Shown: positions 17,320 through 27,868 of the stretch, one piece after another
How positions within the stretch are numbered: position 1 is the stretch's first letter
Layout: the number at the start of each line of letters is the position of its first letter
IMG/VR virus record: IMGVR_UViG_3300025623_000002
DNA length: 33,560 nucleotides
Reading direction: 5' to 3' (one strand)
Source of the DNA: an uncultured virus (IMG/VR IMGVR_UViG_3300025623_000002)
Lineage: Duplodnaviria > Heunggongvirae > Uroviricota > Caudoviricetes
Translations under genes and position numbers: made by a program
Notes under the pieces: model-generated
Databases searched by the model: none
What the model saw: the letters and a program-made list of their open reading frames with translations, nothing else
What the model was told of the DNA's origin: nothing

Positions 17320-18753
17320 CTAAAAGTTCAGTCCTAGCATACCGCCTAAAGAGTTATTCGTAGGAGTAGGAGATTCAAATAACCCCATATCATCTAATAA
17401 CATAAAAACATCTTGTGAATTTTGAGTAGCGGCATTGGCTAATGCTAAACTCATAACTAAATCGTCATGTGCGCCAACTCCCTCAAATTTACCTGAATGA
17501 GTAATAGAAAACATAGACAATTCTTCTACTAATAAATTAGTTAATCTCTTACTAGTATTATCACCATAAGGAAAATTGATTTTTCCATTTTCTATGTTCA
17601 TTTGAAGGTTCAAAATGATTTCTTGTTTTCTTTTTCTAGTAGTATTGAAATCTGTAACATTCAAATCTGAAATGTTTCTTAATTCTTGAGTAAATGCTTT
17701 AGCAAAGGTATTAGTTTCGTATAGGATTTCTTCAGGTTCAAATATTTTACCAATCAATCTAATTTTATCTATGTTTTCTCTAAACTCAACATTTTTTGCT
17801 CTATCAACATGAACTACGGTTTTATTCATATGTTCATCTACTTCTAATACAGTAATAACATTATAATCACCATCTGTTGAAATAGCAGGGTCAACCCCAA
17901 CATAATATTTGTAGCCTTTGTGTTTTCTATGTCCTAATTTAAGAACGTAATCTTTATTTTTACATTTATCTATAAATTGAGGATTAAATAATGCTGTTCC
18001 AGTGGAAATCGGAACACATAGATATTCCCTTGTAAACTTTAAAGAACCAATTTCCTTTTTCCTACGCATAAGGGCATCATAATCCCATCTATCAACCCAA
18101 AGTGGTTCATTTAAGGCATTAAGACATGGATATTTAGTAACAGTATATGCTTCATTATCCTCTAATTGTGCAAAAATATCAGTATAAGTGAAAGGAGTTC
18201 CAATCATTCTCAACTTAGAAGAATGGTGTAGGGTTGGTATCATATCTCCAAAGAACCAATCAGTTACTTTCTCAATACCTACTAAACTAAATTCTTTCAA
18301 AGGGTCATCAATAATGATTTCTTGCGGGTGAAGTCCTCTAATTTGAGAACCAACTGAACGCTCTAAAATTGCGTTTCCATTTGTAAGTTGTATATTTCCA
18401 ATAGCCCAACCACGACTAGGTTTGTATGGTTTTAATGCTGGAAGATTAAAATATCTATCAATTTCTCGCATGTGAACTAATGTCTGTTTTTGGTTAGATG
18501 AAATGTATAGCATTTGGAATGGTGGTTCTTGGAATACTAAGTTCCACACAACCCAACTATGCATAAATACAGATTTACCGTGGTCGCGGCTACAAATGAT
18601 AACTGTTCTATCTGTTGTTTGCATACTCTCTAACCATTCATGCATATATTCAGGATATAATAATCCCAATACATTTTGGAAAAAATATGGAAAGGAAGTT
18701 TTAGATAATTCCATATCCATTTGAGTTACAAAATCTAAATTATCCAATTCCAT
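17320..18753 (-). CDS. terL: Terminase large subunit
   Basis: Walker A SRDHGKS, Walker B IIIDD, IGTP coupling motif, nuclease VGVDPA and HDDLVMS. Confidence 0.92.
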   Translation of the reverse strand: MELDNLDFVTQMDMELSKTSFPYFFQNVLGLLYPEYMHEWLESMQTTDRTVIICSRDHGKSVFMHSWVVWNLVFQEPPFQMLYISSNQKQTLVHMREIDRYFNLPALKPYKPSRGWAIGNIQLTNGNAILERSVGSQIRGLHPQEIIIDDPLKEFSLVGIEKVTDWFFGDMIPTLHHSSKLRMIGTPFTYTDIFAQLEDNEAYTVTKYPCLNALNEPLWVDRWDYDALMRRKKEIGSLKFTREYLCVPISTGTALFNPQFIDKCKNKDYVLKLGHRKHKGYKYYVGVDPAISTDGDYNVITVLEVDEHMNKTVVHVDRAKNVEFRENIDKIRLIGKIFEPEEILYETNTFAKAFTQELRNISDLNVTDFNTTRKRKQEIILNLQMNIENGKINFPYGDNTSKRLTNLLVEELSMFSITHSGKFEGVGAHDDLVMSLALANAATQNSQDVFMLLDDMGLFESPTPTNNSLGGMLGLNF

Positions 18754-18754
18754 A

Positions 18755-19345
18755 CTATGTCTCCATAAACATAAACATAGTTGCTTCTAATTCACTCATT
18801 GCCTTTACAATATTCCAAGCCTTATTCATTGAATTAGGATTCCAAACTAATATTTTATCCCCGCCAATTCTTTTTCTTTCATTTTCAACTACTTCCATTG
18901 GTAATCCTTCAGGAATTTCTTCATCAGTAGGATTTTTAATCCAACCTCTTCTTTGAAATGCAGCAATCCAACCACCATCAGGTATAGTTTTATTATTTAT
19001 ACTACCTAAAATAGGTTTATCCTTTATCAATTGCATTCTTTTATCTATTAAATTAGAAGAAATTCTTTTTTTTCTATATGGAGTAGCAATAGTGCTTCCG
19101 GCTAAAACCACATAACTTTTTTTTTCAGACCAACCCGAATAACCCACAATCATATCTCCGTCTAATGCAATTAGATATTTTACATTATCAACAGAATATG
19201 GACTTAAAGTGGGGCGTGTTTTTCTAGGGTTTTTATTTTGAACATATATTTTTTGCCAATTTTCTTCGCGAGATTCTCCCCATTGACTATTCCATAGTTC
19301 TAACATCTCTGCTTCTGTATATATTTTACTAGGGTATGTTATCAT
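18755..19345 (-). CDS. GNAT-family acetyltransferase-like protein
   Basis: YLIALDGDMIVGY strands; IATPYRKKRISSNLI degenerate acetyl-CoA motif A; AFQRRGW; C-terminal WNIVKA. Confidence 0.55.
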   Translation of the reverse strand: MITYPSKIYTEAEMLELWNSQWGESREENWQKIYVQNKNPRKTRPTLSPYSVDNVKYLIALDGDMIVGYSGWSEKKSYVVLAGSTIATPYRKKRISSNLIDKRMQLIKDKPILGSINNKTIPDGGWIAAFQRRGWIKNPTDEEIPEGLPMEVVENERKRIGGDKILVWNPNSMNKAWNIVKAMSELEATMFMFMET

Positions 19346-19349
19346 AATA

Positions 19350-22112
19350 TCACCTAAAGTTAGCCTTTAAGAAATATACACTTTCTTTTGGAACACCATG
19401 TTTTACACCAATTTCACCTAAAGAATTAATCTCATTAACTATTAAATATATTTCATGGGCAGTTACATCTACATTATAATCATTTTTCATTATTTCAATA
19501 GCAGCATTAGTATGGTCGAAATTATCTAATTTAGATGTATTATAGTATATTGGTTTACCTAACATTTTTCTAATACTATCATGTGCTTTTAGCATTTTAT
19601 ATTCCATAGTTGCTTCAGAATTTTTAAACTCATCTAATGCCTGTACGAAATTAATTATAATATTAGCATTTTTTTGTTTACTTCCACTAAAAGACTGTTC
19701 AATACTTTCTCTATGATTATGTATTTCTTTAACTATCATATAAAATGGGTAATTTTTTCTCTTACTCTTACTACTATCATCATGCCAATTTTCAGGAGTT
19801 TTCTTAGAGTCTGAATTAGGGAAATATCCTTCAGGATTAATATTACTCTTACTATGATACTCAAAATATTCCTCTAACCTTCCATAGTTATCTAATATAT
19901 TATACAGATGTGTTCCGAATTCTTCATTAGCATCTGTTAATAATATTTTATCATTTTTATCTAAATCTGCAATTAGTTTAACTAAGTTAATTCCTTCTTT
20001 CATCAGGTCAATAATTTTAGCCATTGTTATATTTTTATTGGGGGTATTTATTTTATTAAGATAATTAGTTACTCTTTTAATATGTCTAGGTTTAAATTTA
20101 CTATAACCTAGTTCTAATGTTTCATCCGACATATAATTTTCAAGTGTTTTTCTTTTAGTAGCACCTCTCAATATACCAAATACTCTCGTTAAATTATTAT
20201 CTCCTGTATCTAACGATAATGAATCTTCAAAAGGGGAATATCTACTGTTTATGGGAGTTACAAAATACTCATTAATAATTTCTAATAATGCTTTAAATGT
20301 TTTATCTAGTTTTTTAAGTTGCTCACCTTCAATCATAATTTCATCATCACCAATAGAACCTAAGTTTTCCAATAATGGTGATATTAATGCCTGTACTGCT
20401 GTTTTTTTCTTACGATATTTATCAGTAGTTTTGGTAGGTGCAACAACACCAGTATCATATAACTTAGAAAAAGTAATTAAAAATTCTGCAATCCTATCTG
20501 TTTTTATCTTTATTTTTCCAACTTCTGTTATAGGAGTTTCAACATATTCATCAACATTTTCTTCTCTACCTTCCTTTACTTGATTATCCATTTTACCCAT
20601 AAATAATGTAGATATGGTAGTCTTAGATAATGGTAAATAATATTCAGACTCATTTAACACAGAAGCAGTTCGGTTTAATTTTTTAACATATTGTAATATT
20701 AATGGCTCTATATCCACATCCATTACTGAATGATATTTATCTGATTCATTAAGTAATAATCTTTCTAATGTTTTCATTTCATCGAATAATACAGGAGTAG
20801 GGTCTTTAAATGCTTTATTTTTAAATTCTAAATAATACAAAGGGTCAACCTTTATTTTTCTCATATCACTTAATGTCTTACCTAAAACAATAATATCTTT
20901 TTTAGGTAATTCTGCTCCTTTTTTCCCACCTTCCACTTCCGCAGTATCAGACACTATATTACCCTCATCATCAAATTGAGCAACACTCTCGTAATGTTGT
21001 TCATCAGGTTCAAATTCATCTTTTATTAAAGGTAATAATTTTTTATTGTTTAAAATCCCCTCAAATAAAACTAAATGTTTTTCATGTTTCATAAAATCAT
21101 CTAACTCTTTTGCTTCAAAAGAACTAACATAATTTAAATTATTATCAAGTTCATTACTAACTATATTTTCATTAAATTCTAATAATTTAATAATAATATT
21201 TTTAGTTTCTCCGGTAAATTTTTCTATACCCATATTGTCGATTTCTGTTTTAAATGCCTTAAATTTATTTTGAAAGACCTTGTAATCTTTATTTACTTCT
21301 TCCCAATACTGATATATGGCCGCTCTATTACTTGCTTTACGAGAATCTAATGTTCCTACCATATCATTAATAGGTAAAAACATTTTTTTATTATCATTTG
21401 AATTATATATTTTAAGTTGTTCATAGATAGGTTGCATTGGAGTTTTCTTATGTGGTTCAAGAAGATTAATAAAATCCATATATTTATCTATATCTTTTTT
21501 ATCTATATCTTTACCTTGTTTGAAATTAACTACATCTATTTTTTGCGTCATGTTTTCAAACACTTTTTTGTAGTTTACAGATTTACCATCAGAATCAACG
21601 AACAAATTCAATATTTCTTTTATTTTATCATTTTCAGATTGTAACTCATTTTGTCTTTGTCCAGCAGATACTTTACCACTTACCTCTATATCATGTTCTT
21701 TTAATACATGTTGTATCATTAAACTAACCTTATTTGAAAAATCACTAATATATTCTTCATCTATTCTTTTATTAAGATGGGTATAAGCACCAAATATTTG
21801 TTTTGTAAACTCATTTTTTGTTTGAGTATCATTTGATGTTCTTTCTAGGTTTAATTTTCCATCTTCATTTAATATGTATTCTCTTTTCGGTGTTGAAGGA
21901 GAATTTAAAAAATCATTTAATTTTTCAGGTTTATTAAATATTTTATCAAGAACACTTTTTGTAAATTGTATTTTATCTGATATAGTATTTTCAATAAATT
22001 CGGTATTTTCTTCATAGAAATTTTTGATAATATATTTCCTAGTTGGTTTATATCCTTCTAACATATACTTAGCAAAAATTTCCTTCTCGTCTTGCCAACT
22101 TATTTCACTCAT
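19350..22112 (-). CDS. Large hypothetical protein (possible internal virion protein)
   Basis: 920 aa; AGGTGA SD; C-terminal MLKAHD...FLKANFR. Confidence 0.75.
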   Translation of the reverse strand: MSEISWQDEKEIFAKYMLEGYKPTRKYIIKNFYEENTEFIENTISDKIQFTKSVLDKIFNKPEKLNDFLNSPSTPKREYILNEDGKLNLERTSNDTQTKNEFTKQIFGAYTHLNKRIDEEYISDFSNKVSLMIQHVLKEHDIEVSGKVSAGQRQNELQSENDKIKEILNLFVDSDGKSVNYKKVFENMTQKIDVVNFKQGKDIDKKDIDKYMDFINLLEPHKKTPMQPIYEQLKIYNSNDNKKMFLPINDMVGTLDSRKASNRAAIYQYWEEVNKDYKVFQNKFKAFKTEIDNMGIEKFTGETKNIIIKLLEFNENIVSNELDNNLNYVSSFEAKELDDFMKHEKHLVLFEGILNNKKLLPLIKDEFEPDEQHYESVAQFDDEGNIVSDTAEVEGGKKGAELPKKDIIVLGKTLSDMRKIKVDPLYYLEFKNKAFKDPTPVLFDEMKTLERLLLNESDKYHSVMDVDIEPLILQYVKKLNRTASVLNESEYYLPLSKTTISTLFMGKMDNQVKEGREENVDEYVETPITEVGKIKIKTDRIAEFLITFSKLYDTGVVAPTKTTDKYRKKKTAVQALISPLLENLGSIGDDEIMIEGEQLKKLDKTFKALLEIINEYFVTPINSRYSPFEDSLSLDTGDNNLTRVFGILRGATKRKTLENYMSDETLELGYSKFKPRHIKRVTNYLNKINTPNKNITMAKIIDLMKEGINLVKLIADLDKNDKILLTDANEEFGTHLYNILDNYGRLEEYFEYHSKSNINPEGYFPNSDSKKTPENWHDDSSKSKRKNYPFYMIVKEIHNHRESIEQSFSGSKQKNANIIINFVQALDEFKNSEATMEYKMLKAHDSIRKMLGKPIYYNTSKLDNFDHTNAAIEIMKNDYNVDVTAHEIYLIVNEINSLGEIGVKHGVPKESVYFLKANFR

Positions 22113-22116
22113 ATTA

Positions 22117-24378
22117 TTAACCTCTTATATTATGTTCTTCTGCTAACCAAGTAATTGGTTGAAACTTACGGTTTCCACTTAAAACAACATCTTCATTTAT
22201 TACATATTTTATAGATTCTTGTATTTCATTAAGAAGTGATTTTCTTACATGTTCGTATCTATCTAATAATAAATCACGCATGTCTTTAATAAGAGTTTGT
22301 TTATTTTCATCATCATCTATTTTTTCATTTTTATTTTTATCTAAAATATCCCAAGCACGACGTATTTCATTGTTACCATTTATATTCCCATCTAAACCCT
22401 TACTAAACATTATAAATTTCCCAAAATTTCTACTTACATTATATTCGATTATTTCTGCTTCGGGAGATGTAAGGGTTTCTTCATCTTCATCCTCAGTATT
22501 AAAAACCATTTTTTTGAATTTTTGAAGAGTTATTTTATCTGCATTATTTTGAGTTTCAAAATCTATATGTGTCTTAACCATATTGTTAAGTATTGTTTTA
22601 AATTTATTTATATCCATCAGACTCTCTATTGCCATCCCAATATCAAAAAATTCTAATCCTGTTAATCTTTCTATTTTATTTTCAGTTTCATCATCTACCT
22701 TACCTTCAAATAATAACAAACCTTCTCTTTCATTAGAAGTTAAAGTAGCCCCTAAATATGAATCTTCTAGTTTATTTAATAATTTTTTAACACCCGTTTT
22801 AAATCTCAAATCACTTTCGTTATCTACATGTCTGTCTACCGGAAGTATTGTTGCCATTAAATTCCAAGTATTAGAATTATAATTATTATATTTATTTTGT
22901 AATTCATCTAATAAGTCGTCGTCTATTTTAGTGTCTGTTTTAAGTTGTTTTGTTTCATGTTTATCAAAATAACTTTTTAACTTAATAAGCAATTTACTTG
23001 TTTTAATTTTACTTTTAACTTCGGTTAACATCTCATTAAGTAATGGTTCTAGTTGTTCTTTATTTTCATGGTTAAAATAAATATCAAACATATACTTATA
23101 GGTATCATAATCATCAACAAGAAGTCTAAATGACTTATTAGTACCTTGTAACATTTGCTTTTTATCTGACTTTGTTCCAGTCGTTATAGCCTTTAAAAAA
23201 TATTCTATTGATACCTTTGTTGATGGTTGTTCAATCTCATTTTTACGTCGCCCAGTAATCCTTGTTAATTCTTCCGTACTTTTTTTACCTGCTTTTTTAC
23301 GCGAACTTTTTTCACTTGAATCAAAATCAATATATTCAGCAAACTTCAAAGTTTGAGCCAACTTAGTTCTTTTAATAGCATTATAATTATTAGTTGTTCC
23401 ATTAGAAAATATAAATAATTGTTCTTTAGTCATAAATTTAGGAAACCCTGTAAACGCAAATAAACTTCTTTCTTTATTTCCATACGCCCTTTCAGTTTTT
23501 GATTTGCTAGGTAGTTTTAATTTAGGTGGTGGGGCTAACAGGTTCTTACCCGAAAGAGGTTGAGGATTCGCATTAAATCCGAACGTAGACCAATCTATAT
23601 GTCTAAATTTAGATTCTAATGGTTTACCACCTATAGTATATGTTTCATTTATTTTATCATATAATACAGGTTTAGGTGTATCAATATCAAGGTCGAGTTT
23701 TTCAGCCTTAATCTTAATAGCATCTGCAACTTTACCTTCTATCTCCATAAGTATCATAGTTCCATCTTTAATTTCATACCCTAATATTTCAGGATTAGAT
23801 TTTAATTTCTCTATGATTTTTTTCTTATCAATTTTATTATTATTAATTAATCTACCTAATATCACCTGTCTTTGAGTAATTGCATCTTCCGCTAATACTC
23901 TTTTTTTGGTAACTAGTTTTTTCTTATCTCTAAAAATATGTTCACTATAAGAAACCTTACCAGTTAAATATTCAATAAGTTTTTCAATATCATTATTATA
24001 TAGTTCCATAATAATACTATGATTATGATTACTATGCATATTTTTCAATTCTATAATCCATTTTATTTTTTCACGATATTTTGAGAATTCTTTCATAGGT
24101 AATTTAACATGTGAAATTGATATTGGTGGTTCTTTAAAATAATCAACTTCAGGTGGGGCTAACAGTTTCTTATGTAGTATAGTTAAAATTTCTTGAAATT
24201 TAGGTTCAGTCATTTTATCCGAAGGAACAGGGGGTTTACCAGTATGAATATGTTTATCATAAAAATCACTAACTGCATTATTCATTTCTGATTTATTATA
24301 TCCTAATAATGGATATACTAATTTCATTTTAGGCGACATAACTTTCGCTCTATCTTTAAGAATTAATTGCCAACTCAT
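22117..24378 (-). CDS. Large W-leader hypothetical protein
   Basis: 753 aa; MSWQLILKD. Confidence 0.78.
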   Translation of the reverse strand: MSWQLILKDRAKVMSPKMKLVYPLLGYNKSEMNNAVSDFYDKHIHTGKPPVPSDKMTEPKFQEILTILHKKLLAPPEVDYFKEPPISISHVKLPMKEFSKYREKIKWIIELKNMHSNHNHSIIMELYNNDIEKLIEYLTGKVSYSEHIFRDKKKLVTKKRVLAEDAITQRQVILGRLINNNKIDKKKIIEKLKSNPEILGYEIKDGTMILMEIEGKVADAIKIKAEKLDLDIDTPKPVLYDKINETYTIGGKPLESKFRHIDWSTFGFNANPQPLSGKNLLAPPPKLKLPSKSKTERAYGNKERSLFAFTGFPKFMTKEQLFIFSNGTTNNYNAIKRTKLAQTLKFAEYIDFDSSEKSSRKKAGKKSTEELTRITGRRKNEIEQPSTKVSIEYFLKAITTGTKSDKKQMLQGTNKSFRLLVDDYDTYKYMFDIYFNHENKEQLEPLLNEMLTEVKSKIKTSKLLIKLKSYFDKHETKQLKTDTKIDDDLLDELQNKYNNYNSNTWNLMATILPVDRHVDNESDLRFKTGVKKLLNKLEDSYLGATLTSNEREGLLLFEGKVDDETENKIERLTGLEFFDIGMAIESLMDINKFKTILNNMVKTHIDFETQNNADKITLQKFKKMVFNTEDEDEETLTSPEAEIIEYNVSRNFGKFIMFSKGLDGNINGNNEIRRAWDILDKNKNEKIDDDENKQTLIKDMRDLLLDRYEHVRKSLLNEIQESIKYVINEDVVLSGNRKFQPITWLAEEHNIRG

Positions 24379-24509
24379 ATTAAATCACTACTTTCTAAAA
24401 TAATTCTAATATCATTTATGGTTGGATTACCTTTCATTACTTTTATAATTTCATTTAGAGCGTCTGACCTTTTAGCCCCTATGTTTTTAATGGTATCTTC
24501 CCAACTCAT
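24375..24509 (-). CDS. 44-aa W-leader microprotein MSWEDTIKNIGAKRSDALNEIIKVMKGNPTINDIRIILESSDLI
   Basis: Not in the ORF track; ATGA overlaps at both ends; GGGGGT SD. Confidence 0.7.
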   Translation of the reverse strand: MSWEDTIKNIGAKRSDALNEIIKVMKGNPTINDIRIILESSDLI

Positions 24510-24865
24510 TTTGCCTTACCCCCCGTACATTTTTCAAAATTATCTATCATTTTTTCTAGTTCTGCTAATCCCCAAGTGGGAAAGTTACTATCTTTTTGTG
24601 GTTTTTTAACTTCATCTATCATATGCAAAATTGTTCCCACTACCACATCACAAGGCTTTTCTAATATGCTCAGAAAATAATCTTTCATACCGTTAACATC
24701 TTCTTCAAACAACCCCTCTCTAGAATGACCTAATTTTTCAGCGTAATATTCAACTAATTTTTCAATAAACATACTATACTCAGTTTTTAATTGAGAACAA
24801 CACGATTCATACGCATCGAACTTTACATCTAAAATTTGTATTTTTAAAACATCTTGCCAACTCAT
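24506..24865 (-). CDS. W-leader hypothetical protein
   Basis: MSWQDVLKI. Confidence 0.75.
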   Translation of the reverse strand: MSWQDVLKIQILDVKFDAYESCCSQLKTEYSMFIEKLVEYYAEKLGHSREGLFEEDVNGMKDYFLSILEKPCDVVVGTILHMIDEVKKPQKDSNFPTWGLAELEKMIDNFEKCTGGKAK

Positions 24866-24871
24866 TGTAAC

Positions 24872-25207
24872 TTATCCCTCCAAATTACCATCTAAACTAT
24901 ACAGTATTACATCTGATACTGCTACTTCTAATGATATAATCAGTTCTCTTAATTCTTTATCTAATACCCCTGCGTTTCTTACCGCCATCCTATAATCATC
25001 ATCATGCTCCATGTCGTAAGGTTCTCCTTTCTCGTCTATTAAATACGGGTTATTTTTATGATGAGCATATTTTTTAGCGTTTAATAAGAACTGTTGAAGT
25101 TGTCTAATTTCATCAAGAGTCATAGAACCAAAATTAGGGTGAGTTTGCATAAGTTTAACCATAGCATTTACTTCGGGTTTATTCTTTAAGATATTATTCC
25201 AACTCAT
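24872..25207 (-). CDS. W-leader hypothetical protein
   Basis: MSWNNILKN. Confidence 0.75.
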   Translation of the reverse strand: MSWNNILKNKPEVNAMVKLMQTHPNFGSMTLDEIRQLQQFLLNAKKYAHHKNNPYLIDEKGEPYDMEHDDDYRMAVRNAGVLDKELRELIISLEVAVSDVILYSLDGNLEG

Positions 25208-25614
25208 TGCATCAACTCTATCATTAATCCTTTTTCATCAATTTCTGTAACTTTCAGTTCTGAATTATTCTTCAGTTTATCTGCAACCTTATACAAATGA
25301 GGATTCGTTATTCGACCATAGGCTAACCAAAATGGCCTATATTCTCCTAATACCCCATTAGTGTCCATTAATGCCCCAACTACCATTTTTTCTGCAAACC
25401 CTTTTCTTTGGTAATCAGGATGAATAGAAATATGTAATTCTCTTATCTTTCCATCATTAAATGGCTTCATGTTTTCAAGGCTACTATAATCTTTAGGCCG
25501 GTAATGCAAAATTAGTTTATCTCCGTATTCCTCAAACAAAACATTGTGAAACCAACCATCATCATCTACTGAAATAGGACTAATTTCCGCTTTTAATAAC
25601 TGTTGCCAACTCAT
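25204..25614 (-). CDS. W-leader GNAT-like acetyltransferase
   Basis: MSWQQLLKA; HISIHPDYQRKGFAEKMV matches GNAT motif A (Q/R-x-x-G-x-A). Confidence 0.65.
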   Translation of the reverse strand: MSWQQLLKAEISPISVDDDGWFHNVLFEEYGDKLILHYRPKDYSSLENMKPFNDGKIRELHISIHPDYQRKGFAEKMVVGALMDTNGVLGEYRPFWLAYGRITNPHLYKVADKLKNNSELKVTEIDEKGLMIELMQ

Positions 25615-26270
25615 TGTAACTTCTCCATTTTACTTCTAACATCTAACCAAACTTCAGGATGGTTTTGTGCTAACACCTCTTTGATAATTTGCATCTGATG
25701 AACAATAATTGTATCTTGCCTCTTATGTACTAACTTACCTTTGAACTCCATCAAGTATCTCAAACTCTCACGGACTTCTTTAGCCAACTTAGTTAGTGAA
25801 TCAATATGTTTAGCATCCAAATCATCGGAATCAAAAAGCATATCTAACTTAATATCTAATCTAGAAATATTTGCACTCAAGGTATCAACCTCATTTATTT
25901 CTTGCATAGCAATCATATTTGCAGCAGACTGTTGAACTAAAGGTTGCACATGATTTTTAATATGTCTAACTACTTGGTCAGCAGTACAATTTAACATTAA
26001 ACCAACTTCTTCAGGAGTTATATTTGCACCATGTAATTGCAATTCAATCTCACTTCTATGTTCACTAATACAAATGTTACATCTAGGATTAGAAGAATTA
26101 ACATATCCTTCCATGTGATTTCTTTGATGTCTTGAAGCAGTTCCACTAGACCAATCCATTTGGACATCCAAATCATCAGCAGTAATTATCATATTATCTA
26201 ATTCATCTTCTAGAGTTTGCCTATTATCTAAATTACAAAATACACAACGTTTTCTGGTTATCATTTCCAT
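25611..26270 (-). CDS. Tandem CxxC...HxxxH Zn-HTH protein, candidate terminase small subunit
   Basis: CVFC...RHQRNH and CNIC...RHIKNH repeats followed by helices; lies upstream of terL in the operon. Confidence 0.5.
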   Translation of the reverse strand: MEMITRKRCVFCNLDNRQTLEDELDNMIITADDLDVQMDWSSGTASRHQRNHMEGYVNSSNPRCNICISEHRSEIELQLHGANITPEEVGLMLNCTADQVVRHIKNHVQPLVQQSAANMIAMQEINEVDTLSANISRLDIKLDMLFDSDDLDAKHIDSLTKLAKEVRESLRYLMEFKGKLVHKRQDTIIVHQMQIIKEVLAQNHPEVWLDVRSKMEKLQ

Positions 26271-26629
26271 AATTCCTCTTCAGGGTAAAGTTCCATAGCC
26301 TCTTCTATATCTTCTCTAAAGTTTTCAGCGACTTCTAACCAATCAACATCTGATATTGAATCTCCTACTTCATCTCTATCATTAACGGGAGATAATAATT
26401 CATCCATGAAACCTTTACTTTGAGTCATCATTTCAGGTAACTCTTTTGCTATTGTATTTAATATATCATCTATAACATCTTGTTTAGTCCAGTTGAATTC
26501 AAGATAACCTTTTACCTTTAATTTAATTAACTGTACTATAGGAAAATAAAGTTCTTCAGTATTCATAACCCATAAATCTGCACTTCTAGTAGCAGTTGCG
26601 GTATCTTTCAATATCTTTTTCCAACTCAT
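26261..26629 (-). CDS. W-leader acidic hypothetical protein
   Basis: Start moved to ATG 26629 (MSWKKILKD); GGAG SD; LWVMNTEELY...VDWLEVAE. Confidence 0.7.
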   Translation of the reverse strand: MSWKKILKDTATATRSADLWVMNTEELYFPIVQLIKLKVKGYLEFNWTKQDVIDDILNTIAKELPEMMTQSKGFMDELLSPVNDRDEVGDSISDVDWLEVAENFREDIEEAMELYPEEELWK

Positions 26630-26701
26630 CTTAATACTCTCCACAATAAGGACACATAATCCCTGAATAATTATCACTGTTAATATTTATTTTACAACAC
26701 T

Positions 26702-27868
26702 TTAACATATTAATTCCCTCTTTAAAATATCTCGCCAATCATTAACTTCTACATCATTAGTTTTTTTAGTTTGAGATTTAACTTCCGGTTTATCAAATCT
26801 AATAGTAACAGTATTATGTTTCCTACCTGTTTTTGGTTCAGTAAACTTTCTATTATTTTCCTTCAATAATATTTTTGCCATCTGATTTGCTACCCCTCTA
26901 GTTAATTTAAAATATCCTCGTTTAAGTGTGAAAAATTCAGGTATTCCTAAATTATTCCTAACTCTATTTTGAAAATCTTTTCTTGTTGGCAATAAATGAC
27001 TTTTACTCTCTATTTCTCGCATAACCTCGCCATATCGAAATGCACCATTTCTACCTGCCATATCAGGTTCAATATATTTACGAACTATTCTCTTAATACT
27101 ATTAATTTCTAATGCTTTTTCAGCCCAACCTGTTTGTCCTTTTTTTCCTAATTTAATAGGATTATCTTTACTTATACCTACACCGTCTTTTAAGGCTTCA
27201 ATACCTTCTTCTATGATTTCATGTAAACTTTTAGAACTTGTAATTTTAACCTCACCTTCTCTACCATACATAACTTGCCAAAAAGGTGGTTCGGCTACAC
27301 CTTTAGAATAGTCATACCAAGATTCAGGACATGCCGGTGCAGGGTTTAAATCCCTTTTAGGGAATTTTTTCATTTTAATTTTTCTTTTATTTTCATAATT
27401 TTTAGTACGATAGTGTCCATATACTTCTTCTTCATCTACAACTTTACCACTATCTTCATCTACTTCTTTATCGGTAAAAGAAATATTTCTAGGATTTAAA
27501 GGGTTTTGAGGGCTACTATAAGAATCCATTAAAAGTCTAACTTTATTTAATTTTATTATATCATCTATACCAATATCTTCTCCATCAACAATATTAGTAA
27601 TAATTCCTATAATTTCAGAACCACCTTTACCACTAGTATAAGGTGAAGGGGATTTATCACCTTGTAATCTACCAATTAATCCTTGTTGTTTAAACATCTG
27701 ATAAAGACTAATATCATTTTCCATAAATAATGTTTCACCACTTATTTCTGATAACTGTTGTTGCCAATTATCAAACGATTTTCCAAACATTTGGACATTA
27801 GCACCAGTTAATTTAACATCATTTTTTAAGATTATATTTGACGTTCTTTCTAGGTTTCTTTTTGCCAC
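26702..27868 (-). CDS. Hypothetical protein with C-terminal WRDILK motif
   Basis: 388 aa; GTG start with GGGGGT SD. Confidence 0.75.
   Translation of the reverse strand: MAKRNLERTSNIILKNDVKLTGANVQMFGKSFDNWQQQLSEISGETLFMENDISLYQMFKQQGLIGRLQGDKSPSPYTSGKGGSEIIGIITNIVDGEDIGIDDIIKLNKVRLLMDSYSSPQNPLNPRNISFTDKEVDEDSGKVVDEEEVYGHYRTKNYENKRKIKMKKFPKRDLNPAPACPESWYDYSKGVAEPPFWQVMYGREGEVKITSSKSLHEIIEEGIEALKDGVGISKDNPIKLGKKGQTGWAEKALEINSIKRIVRKYIEPDMAGRNGAFRYGEVMREIESKSHLLPTRKDFQNRVRNNLGIPEFFTLKRGYFKLTRGVANQMAKILLKENNRKFTEPKTGRKHNTVTIRFDKPEVKSQTKKTNDVEVNDWRDILKRELIC

Noticed and set aside
15970..18753. Intein or intron in terL/portal carrying the LAGLIDADG domain
   Set aside because: terL and portal are complete; the LAGLIDADG ORF has its own start and stop and no His-Asn/Cys splice junction.
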